Shown here piece after piece: positions 10,226-18,983 of a stretch of DNA of 18,983 bases (positions are counted from its first letter, which is position 1; every line of letters begins with the position of its first letter). The notes below the pieces were generated by a model. That model worked only from the letters and a program-made list of their open reading frames with translations. It had not been told where the DNA came from and did not search any database. The stretch covers positions 1-18,983 of the forward strand of contig NW_021824394.1 in NCBI RefSeq assembly GCF_006345805.1. Reading direction: 5' to 3'. A program made the position numbers and the translations under genes. Source of the DNA: Octopus sinensis (lineage: Eukaryota).

Positions 10226-10582
10226 TTCTGTAGTTTCAGCTCAGAGCTGCGGCCATGCTGGAGCGACTGCCGTTTTGCTACACTGTTATTACTGAGTGCC
10301 TCCTTCAATATGTGGCACTTGGTAAAGAATGGAGTTTGATGTAGCCACCCTTATTTACACCTCTTGACGTGAGGGACGTTCATCTGAGACTCTCAACAGG
10401 AAGAGGTCCAGCTTTGATTTAAAATCTCCTACATTTACTTTGTGCAAGTTCTTCAGGTTCTTTAAGAGGATATTAAAAAGCTGTGGGCCCCTGAAATCCA
10501 GACTGTTGCAGTAACTGGTCCCGAAGTGCGATGGCATTGCTGGAATCTTTGGCACTATGCAGTGTCGTCCTGTTCTGGCATT
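10226..10582 (-). mobile_element. CR1-type LINE 3' end (second copy)
   Basis: Peptide NARTGRHC..P...FRGPQLFNILLKNLKNLH...FKSKLDLFL..V.DE is homologous to the 11165-11731 ORF end; same tail (CAGCATGGCCGCAGCTCTGAGCTGAAAC on minus strand). Confidence 0.88.
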
Positions 10583-10796
10583 GGTGTAGCTTTCAATGAC
10601 AAAATTTATATATATGTATATATATTGTGTGTGTGCGTATTATTTATATATATATATATAAATAAACACACACACACACACCACACGTGTATTATGTATA
10701 TGTATACATATATATATATATATGTATTATTTATTTATATATATATACGCACACACATATGTATGTATGTATATATATGTGTGTGTATATATATAT

Positions 10797-11013
10797 TTCG
10801 ATTTTGGATTTGGTTTGCAAAATTCTTTATGTGAGTTCGTGTGTTGAAGCACATTCTGTTGTGTCTGGGAGAGTCATTCACTTTTAGTGCCTAATTATTT
10901 AACACACTCACCGGTAAAATTTCCACTTATTTCTTATTTTTATTTTCTAAAATTTTCCTTGCCTCTTGCAACCTTTTCAATAGTCTTGACGCAATCACTC
11001 TCCCCAGACACAA

Positions 11014-11016
<3 letters not shown>
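10797..11016. repeat. Unclassified interspersed-repeat-like segment with a 24-bp inverted copy
   Basis: CTGTTGTGTCTGGG-AGAGTCATT (10856-10878) vs the reverse complement of AATCACTCTCCCCAGACACAACAG (10993-11016); bounded by TA runs; family identity uncertain. Confidence 0.45.
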
Positions 11017-11052
<36 letters not shown>

Positions 11053-11068
11053 GTATATGTATATGTAT

Positions 11069-12087
11069 GATTGATTGATTGATTGATTGATTGATTCTAG
11101 TTTCAGCTTATGAGCTGTGGCCATGCTGGGGCACCGCCATTTGGTGTTGCTACTTGGTTTTACTTCACGAAAGCTTTTTAGCAACTGCCATTTGGTGCAT
11201 GAGAGAGTTCGATGCAGCTGCCCTCATCTGCACCTCCTGCCGTGAAGTTGGTTCATCTGGGACACCTGACAGGAAGAGATCCAGTTTCATTTTAAAGACA
11301 TCTGCATCCACCCCATGCAGGTCTCTCAGGTTCTTCGGGAGGATATTGAAGAGCTGTGGGCCATGGAAGCCCCGGCTATCACAGAATCTTGTCCTACATC
11401 TTGATGGCAAACTTGGAGTCCTAGGCACCATGCAGTGGCGCCCAGTTCTGGCATTTGCGTAACTCTCGATGCCAAAGTTTAGGACACGTCCCTCCAGGAT
11501 CTTCCAGATGTATATTATGGCATATCTTTCCCGCCTACGCTTCAAGGAATATAGTTTTAATCTCTTGAGTCTTTCCCAGTAGCTTACATTCTGCATAGAG
11601 GCTATCTTCTTCTTCGTGTAGCTGCGTTGGATCGCCTCGAGCTCTGTGATCAACTTGACACTGGATGGTGACCATAACTGAGAGCAGTAGTCAAAGTGGC
11701 TTAGGACAAGTGTCCTCCAGAGGACCATCATGGTTTTCTTGTTTTCTCTTGTTCTAAAGGTTCTGAGGATCCCCGGCCAGTCGTCTACATTTCATTGCCA
11801 ATTTAGCAACATGTACACGAAAGGTCGCGTCATCACTCATGTAAATACCTAGGTCACGCACTGATTGTGCCTCTGGGATTGCTATTCCTCCGGGTCCAGT
11901 GTATTCATTGGTATTGCATTTAGTTTTGCATGCTGATAGTATAAAGCTTGAAACTTTTCAGCATTGAACTGCATGCTATTCTTTTCAGCCCACTTGTTAT
12001 TTTGTCCAGCTCACATTGCAGGCGTTTAGTGTTCTCAGGGTTCTGTATTGCCTGTGAAACTTTGTATCATCTGCATAACTTGTGATC
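11069..12087 (-). mobile_element. 5'-truncated CR1-clade LINE with (AATC)7 tail
   Basis: YADD at 12066-12077, then WAEKNSMQFNAEKF, VRDLGIYM, LVLSHFDYCSQLWSP...LEAIQRSYTK...SYWERLKRLKLYSLKRRRER; tail GGCGGTGCCCCAGCATGGCCACAGC plus (GATT)7 at 11069-11096 on +. Confidence 0.92.
11165..12087 (-). pseudogene. CR1 reverse-transcriptase C-terminal half, frameshifted
   Basis: The intact 188-aa stretch 11165-11731 plus upstream RT motifs in different frames (shifts near 12060, 11995, 11890, 11770). Confidence 0.85.
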
Positions 12088-12270
12088 GTATATATATGTA
12101 TATATATGTATATGTATATATATGTATAATATGTATATGTATATATATGTATATATATGTATATATATGTAATGTATGTATTATATGTATATGTATGTTT
12201 ATGTATGTATATGTATATTATATTATTATATATATATATATATATATATGCACACACACGCACATGTATT
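12088..12270. repeat. Compound TA/TATG/CA microsatellite block (representative; similar blocks at 5803-5931, 7646-7701, 7860-7952, 8935-9170, 10600-10795, 13068-13176, 13530-13900, 14225-14700, 15290-15600, 17755-18010, 18340-18755)
   Basis: Direct reading: alternating purine/pyrimidine di- and tetranucleotide repeats; source of the [12 protein letters not shown] pseudo-ORFs. Confidence 0.97.
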
Positions 12271-12442
12271 TGATGGGTAGAGTGAGTGAAAGTACAGCAT
12301 GAACATTTCATCACTGTAAAGGAATTGTTTCTGCAGACCTTTGGGCAAAAGATGGATGCTCGTATGTTGTTTTCAATTGGAGTGTCCATCACACATACAT
12401 ATGTATATATATACACAAACACACACACACACATATATATAT

Positions 12443-12823
12443 GTAGAAGTGGCTGTTTGGTCAGTAGATTGCTTACCAACCACATGGTTCTGTGTTCAGT
12501 CCCACTGCGTGGCACCTTGGGCAAGTGTCTTCTGCTATAGCCTCGGGCCGACCAAAGCCTTGTGAGTGAATTTGGTAGACGGAAACTGGAAGAAGCCCGT
12601 CGTATATATGTATATATATGTATGTGTGTATATGTTTGTCCCCCTACCATTGCTTGACAACCAATGCTGGTGTGTTTATGTCCCTGTAACTTAGCGGTTC
12701 AGCAAAAGAGACTGATAGAATAAGTACTAGGCTTACAAAGAATAAGTCCTGGGGTCGATTTACTCTACTTGAAGGTGGTGCTCCAGCATGGCCGCAGTCA
12801 AAAGACTGAAACAAGTAAACGAG
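12443..12823 (+). mobile_element. Near full-length tRNA/CORE-type SINE with internal microsatellite and CR1-like 3' tail
   Basis: A-box TGGCTGTTTGG (12450-12460), B-box GTGTTCAGTCCC (12492-12503), CORE-like GGCACCTTGGGCAAGTGTCTT, TA/TG spacer, tail GGTGGTGCTCCAGCATGGCCGCAGTCAAAAGACTGAAAC. Confidence 0.85.
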
Positions 12824-13062
12824 AGAAAAGATATATATATACACACGTATATTAACAAATGTGTGAACATAACCATGTAAATATATTTACTTGTATGTGT
12901 ATGTTGATCTTTTACTGGATCCTGCAGTCATTAAATTGCGGCCAAGCAATTTTTTATATCTTTTATATTTTATATATTTGTATATTATATTATTTTTATT
13001 TGTCTTGGTTTATGTTTTACTCTGTTTGATTTGCCTAATAGTGCTTTTATCTCTAATTTAAT

Positions 13063-13102
<40 letters not shown>

Positions 13103-13103
13103 C

Positions 13104-13165
<62 letters not shown>

Positions 13166-13176
13166 TATATATATAT

Positions 13177-13805
13177 GTAGGTCCCGGGTTGATTTCGGGG
13201 TTAACCACAGTAAATAAGGTACTCAATACATAGCAGAGTAAAATTATTTATTATATAGAAGGAGCTTCTACGGACTAGAACTGTTTCATTCAAGAGAAAT
13301 CATCAGGAAGCTAGTTAACAAGAATTGTATTGGCATTTATACATTTAGGCAGGTTTAAAGGGGTGGTGGTGGGGGACTTTTTGGGGGTAGGCATAGCGCA
13401 AAAAATCATACTTGGGGGAGTGGTCAAGGAGTCAGTGGTAAATTAGATAAAAGAATAAATAAAAGAATAAAAAAATATATAGAAGAATAGAGTTTTAGGT
13501 AAATAAGGAGATTCTCACTTATACATATACACATATGTATATATATACACACACACACACACATATACATACACACATACATACACCACACACACATATA
13601 TATACATATACATAACACACACATATATATACATATATATATATATATTATATATATATATATATAACATATATATGCACATGTATATACACACACGACC
13701 ACACATACATATACACCACAAATATATACATACACACACATACACATACACACATACACACACATATCCACATACACACATGCACACACAAGTCCCTATA
13801 TACAC

Positions 13806-13855
<50 letters not shown>

Positions 13856-14222
13856 CATATGTGTACCTATACATACCTACACATACACACATACATACAA
13901 ATACAAACCCATTCCCTAATTTTAATTTTATTATTATCTTCATTTATTACTTTGTTATCTTTGACCGCGGGTCACAGGCATCTTGGCTACGACAGCAAGT
14001 CCATTTATCTTTCTACTTGAACACAAGCACTCACTCACGCACGCACACTCATTAGCACGCACACTCACTCATTCGTACACTCATACACATACACGCACGC
14101 ACGCGTTATATTCATACATACATACATCTACATACAATCACATTTATACACATACGTACGCGTACCTACAGATTCATGTCTACACGCTTAGAAGACTAGT
14201 CCGTACATATACACCAATAAAT
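13177..14222 (-). mobile_element. Hammerhead-bearing non-coding element, copy A1 (Penelope pLTR/retrozyme-like)
   Basis: Alignable to copies at 16160-16936, 16934-17754 and 18008-18983; on its minus strand TATAAA, then hammerhead, then AATAAA; ends ...CCCGGGACCTAC into (TA)n. No ORF. Confidence 0.75.
13263..13312 (-). ncRNA. Type I hammerhead ribozyme motif (copy A1, stem III weakened by 1-nt deletion)
   Basis: Minus strand AGCTTC-CTGATGA-TTTCTCTTGAAT-GAAAC-AGTTCTAGTCC-GTA-GAAGCT; stem I AGCTTC/GAAGCT; predicted cleavage between 13269 and 13268. Confidence 0.6.
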
Positions 14223-14256
14223 ATATATACACACATACATATACACCTACATACAA

Positions 14257-14310
<54 letters not shown>

Positions 14311-14456
14311 GTATATATACATACATACATACACCCATACATACATACATATATACACATACACATACCCACACATATACATATACATACACATACATAT
14401 ACATACATATATACACATACATATACATACATATACACATACATATATATATATAC

Positions 14457-14479
<23 letters not shown>

Positions 14480-14509
<30 letters not shown>

Positions 14510-14873
14510 CATACATGTACATACATACATATACATATATACACACACACACACATACATACACATATACATACACACACATACACATATACATGCGTAC
14601 CCATACACACACACACGCGCATCCATATATACTCATAAGTACACACATGCGTCAAAGTATACATATATCTATACATATGCTTACACATACACACACACAC
14701 ACGCACCTCCTTATGTTCATATACTTGCATGCATACTCAAAAAATAAATAATAAAATATATATACGTGCAGTTATACATATACATACATGCATACTCAAA
14801 AAATAAATAATAAATATTAAGTATATATACGTGCAGTTACCTATTATACAGACGGATACATACATATAAACTT

Positions 14874-14904
<31 letters not shown>

Positions 14905-15048
14905 ATATATATACATACTTACACATATGTACATATACATACACACATACATAACTCTACGTACCTACATATACATAAACACACGAGCGTACACGTATAT
15001 GTACATATACACATACACATACACACACATACATACATACATATACAT

Positions 15049-15082
<34 letters not shown>

Positions 15083-15364
15083 CAACAATTGAGGGTAAAG
15101 TTAATTAGTTATTAATCAATTTCACCAAGTATTCAGTATGTAAAAGGACCATTATTTTTGAGTAAACATTGTCTGAGAGAAATTTTCTTTAAGTAGTGGA
15201 AATGGCTAAAAAACTTTTTTGGCTGCTATTTCTAGAAAGTTCAGTATGTGGCAAAGTAATTTATTTTACTAAGCCCTAATTATATAATATTTTATATATA
15301 CATACATATATATACACACATACATATACACATACATATGCATACACACATATATATACATATA

Positions 15365-15398
<34 letters not shown>

Positions 15399-15544
15399 TA
15401 CATATATATATATTTTTACATATACATATTGTGTATATGTGTGTATGTATATGTATGTGTGTGTGTGTATATATATATGTGTGTGTGTGTATGTGTGTAT
15501 ATGTATATGTATGTATCATCATCATCATCATCATCATGTTTACG

Positions 15545-15593
<49 letters not shown>

Positions 15594-16158
15594 ATGTATA
15601 TGTATGTATGTATGTGTGTGTATGTGTATGTGTATATGTACATATACATGTACGCTCGTGTGTTTATGTATATGTAGGTACGTAGAGTTATGTATGTGTG
15701 TATGTATATGTACATATGTGTAAGTATGTATACATATATATATTATATATATATATATATATGTGTGTGTGTAAGTTTATATGTATGTATCCATCTGTAT
15801 AATAGGTAACTGCACGTATATATACTTAATATTTATTATTTATTTTTTGAGTATGCATGTATGTATATGAATAACTGCACGTATATATATTTTATTATTT
15901 ATTTTTTGAGTATGCATGTAAGTATATGAACATAAGGAGGCGCGTGTGTGTGTGTATGTGTAAGCATATGTATAGATATATGTATACTTTGACGCATGTG
16001 TGTACTTATGTGTATATATGGATGCGCCTGTGTGTGTGTGTATGGGTACGCATGTATATGTGTATGTGTGTGTATGTATATGTGTATGTATGTGTGTGTA
16101 TATATGTATATGTATGTATGTACATGTATGTATGTGTATATATATATATATATATATA
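14480..16158. repeat. Inverted repeat B/B' (~600-bp arms 14480-15080 and 15548-16158, ~470-bp spacer)
   Basis: Unique anchors are mirrored, e.g. CACGAGCGTAC vs GTACGCTCGTG and GCGTACCCATAC vs GTATGGGTACGC; the internal 60-bp tandem duplication at 14728/14788 is mirrored at ~15806-15920; only a handful of substitutions between arms. Confidence 0.9.
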
Positions 16159-16159
16159 T

Positions 16160-16586
16160 GTAGGTCCCGGGTTGATTCGGGGTTAACCACAGTAAATAAG
16201 GTACTCAATACATAGCAGAGTAAAATTAATTTATTATATAGAAGGAGCTTCTACAGGACTAGAACTGTTTCATTCAAGAGAAATCTTCAGGAAGCTAGTT
16301 AACAAGAATTGTATTGGCATTTATACATTTAGGCAGGTTTAAAGGGGTGGTGGTGGGGGACTTTTTGGGGGTAGGCAAAGCGCAAAATATCATACTTGGG
16401 GGAGTGGTCAAGGAGTCAATGGTAAATTAGATAAAAGAATGAATAAAAGAATAAAAGAATAAAAAAATAGAAAAATATATATAGAAGAATAGAGTTTTAG
16501 GTAAATAAGGAGATTCTCACTTATACCTATACACATATGTATACATATATATACACACACACACACATATACATACACTCATACAT

Positions 16587-16631
<45 letters not shown>

Positions 16632-16936
16632 TGTACCTATACATACGTACACATACACACATATATATATACATACAAATACAGACCCATTCCCTAATTT
16701 TAATTTTATTATCTTCATTTATTACTTTTGTTATCTTTGACCGCTGGTTACAAGCATCTTGGCTACGACAGCAAGTCCATTTATCTTTCTACTTGAAAAC
16801 AAGCACTCATTCACGCACGCACACTCACTCATTCGGACACTCATACACATACACGCACGCGTTATATTCATACATACATACATCCACATACGCGTACCCA
16901 CAGATTCATGTCTACACTCTTAGAAGGCTAGTCTAT
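16160..16936 (-). mobile_element. Hammerhead-bearing element, copy A2
   Basis: Starts GTAGGTCCCGGG exactly like A1; 16225-16936 is the near-perfect reverse complement of 17042-17754. Confidence 0.78.
16246..16296 (-). ncRNA. Type I hammerhead ribozyme motif (copy A2)
   Basis: Minus strand AGCTTC-CTGAAGA-TTTCTCTTGAAT-GAA-ACAG-TTCTAGTC-CTGT-A-GAAGCT; predicted cleavage between 16252 and 16251. Confidence 0.72.
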
Positions 16937-16961
16937 GTATTGTATGTAGGTGTATATGCAG

Positions 16962-17017
<56 letters not shown>

Positions 17018-17754
17018 ATATATATTTATTGGTGTATATGTATAGACTAGCCTTCTAAGAGTGTAGACATGAATCTGTGGGTACGCGTATGTGGATGTAT
17101 GTATGTATGAATATAACGCGTGCGTGTATGTGTATGAGTGTACGAATGAGTGAGTGTGCGTGCTAATGAGTGTGCGTGTGTGAATGAGTGCTTGTTTTCA
17201 AGTAGAAAGATAAATGGACTTGCTGTCGTAGCCAAGATGCTTGTGACCAGCGGTCAAAGATAACAAAAGTAATAAATGAAGATAATAAAATTAAAATTAG
17301 GGAATGGGTCTGTATTTGTATGTGTATATATATGTGTGTATGTGTACGTATGTATAGGTACACATATGTGTATATATATATATGTGTGTGTGTGTATGTA
17401 TGAGTGTATGTATATGTGTGTGTGTGTGTGTATATATGTATACATATGTGTATAGGTATAAGTGAGAATCTCCTTATTTACCTAAAACTCTATTCTTCTA
17501 TATATATTTTATTTTTTTATTCTTTTATTCTTTTATTCATTCTTTTATCTAATTTACCACTGACTCCTTGACCACTCCCCCAAGTATGATATTTTGCGCT
17601 TTGCCTACCCCCAAAAAGTCCCCCACCACCACCCCTTTAAACCTGCCTAAATGTATAAATGCCAATACAATTCTTGTTAACTAGCTTCCTGAAGATTTCT
17701 CTTGAATGAAACAGTTCTAGTCCTGTAGAAGCTCCTTCTATATAATAAATTAAT
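16934..17754 (+). mobile_element. Hammerhead-bearing element, copy A3 (3' end truncated just after AATAAA)
   Basis: TATAAA 17654-17659, hammerhead 17683-17733, AATAAA 17744-17749, then (TA)n; lacks the last ~65 bp present in A1/A2. Confidence 0.78.
17683..17733 (+). ncRNA. Type I hammerhead ribozyme motif (copy A3)
   Basis: Stem I AGCTTC 17683-17688 / GAAGCT 17728-17733; core CTGAAGA 17689-17695; short stem II TTC-TCTT-GAA with T.T closing mismatch; GAAA 17708-17711; stem III ACAG/CTGT; GUA triplet 17725-17727. Confidence 0.72.
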
Positions 17755-17925
17755 ATATATATATATATGTATATATATATGTATGTATATATATATATGT
17801 ATGTGTATATGTATGTATATGTATGTGTATGTATGCGCGTATATGTATGTATATGTATATGTGTGGGTATGTGTATGTGTATATATGTATGTATGTATGG
17901 GTGTATGTATGTATGTATATATACG

Positions 17926-17976
<51 letters not shown>

Positions 17977-18007
17977 TTGTATGTAGGTGTATATGTATGT
18001 GTGTATA

Positions 18008-18385
18008 TATATTTATTGGTGTATATGTATGGACTAGTCTTCTAAGCGTGTAGACATGAATCTGTAGGTACGCGTACGTATGTGTATAAATGTGAATGTA
18101 TGTAGATGTATGTATGTATGAATATAACGCGTGCGTGCGTGTATGTGTATGAGTGAGTGTGCGTGCTAATGAGTGTGCGTGCTAATGAGTGTGCGTGCGT
18201 GAGTGAGTGCTTGTGTTCAAGTAGAAAGATAAATGGACTTGCTGTCGTAGCCAAGATGCCTGTGACCCGTGGTCAAAGATAACAAAAGTAATAAATGAAG
18301 ATAATAATAAAATTAAAATTAGGGAATGGGTTTGTATTTGTATGTATATGTGTGTATGTGTAGGTATGTATAGGTACACATATGT

Positions 18386-18454
<69 letters not shown>

Positions 18455-18611
18455 GTGTATATAGGGACTTGTGTGTGCATGTGTGTATGGATATGTGTGT
18501 CTATGTGTGTATGTGTATGTGTGTGTATGTATATATTTTTGTGTGTATATGTATGTATGTATGTGTGTGTGTGTGTATATATACATGTGTGTGTGTATAT
18601 ATATGTGCATA

Positions 18612-18654
<43 letters not shown>

Positions 18655-18983
18655 GTGTGTGTATATGTATATGTATATATGTGTGTGTGTGTATGTATGT
18701 GTGTATGTATATGTGTGTGTGTGTGTGTGTATATATATACATATGTGTATATGTATAAGTGAGAATCTCCTTATTTACCTAAAACTCTATTCTTCTATAT
18801 ATTTTTTTTATTCTTTTATTTATTCTTTTATCTAATTTACCACTGACTCCTTGACCCCTCCCCAAAGTATGATATTTTTGCGCTATGTCTACCCCCAAAA
18901 AGTCCCCCACCCCACCCCTTTAAACCTGCCTAAATGTATAAATGCCAATACAATTCTTGTTAACTAGCTTCCTGATGATTTCT
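18008..18983 (+). mobile_element. Hammerhead-bearing element, copy A4 (runs off window)
   Basis: Reverse complement of A1; shares A1-specific variants (CTGATGA, GGACTAGTCTTCTAAGCG, CATAGCGC) that differ from A2/A3. Confidence 0.78.
18966..18983 (+). ncRNA. Partial hammerhead motif (copy A4), cut by window end
   Basis: AGCTTC-CTGATGA-TTTCT at 18966-18983; the rest is predicted by homology only. Confidence 0.5.

Noticed and set aside
12337-12361. 25-bp micro-exon (TTTCTGCAG|...|GTATGT)
   Set aside because: Very short, not a multiple of 3, and no supporting evidence; such splice-like pairs are expected by chance.
5934-12510. tRNA genes at the A/B-box motifs
   Set aside because: No complete cloverleaf; the boxes continue into SINE bodies seen in multiple copies.
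13424-18835. Many [12 protein letters not shown]-rich ORFs, and the poly-M/poly-H ORFs at 43-366
   Set aside because: Translations of TA/CA/TG/CAT microsatellites, which lack stops by composition.

Overview
Repeat-saturated, AT-rich eukaryotic DNA with no recognisable host gene; the SINE/LINE families and extreme (TA)n/(TATG)n/(CA)n density point to an octopus (coleoid cephalopod) genome, an inference from recalled repeat families that was not searched. Left part (1-13 kb): RTE-clade LINE 3' ends (one carrying a ~4.7 kb, ~76-unit, 61/62-bp GC-rich array with a 28-unit higher-order duplication), CR1-clade LINE fragments, tRNA/CORE-type SINEs and microsatellites. Right part (13.2-19 kb): four copies of a ~0.8-1 kb non-coding element. 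Each carries a type I hammerhead-ribozyme motif (CUGA[U/A]GA...GAAA...GUA; the fourth is cut by the window edge), preceded by TATAAA and, where visible, followed by AATAAA, as in Penelope-like pseudo-LTRs or retrozymes. The copies are arranged as nested inverted repeats that could fold into a kb-scale three-way (T-shaped) structure. This hammerhead cluster is the most interesting signal. The very long ORFs in the track are artefacts of a stop-free tandem repeat and of microsatellites.
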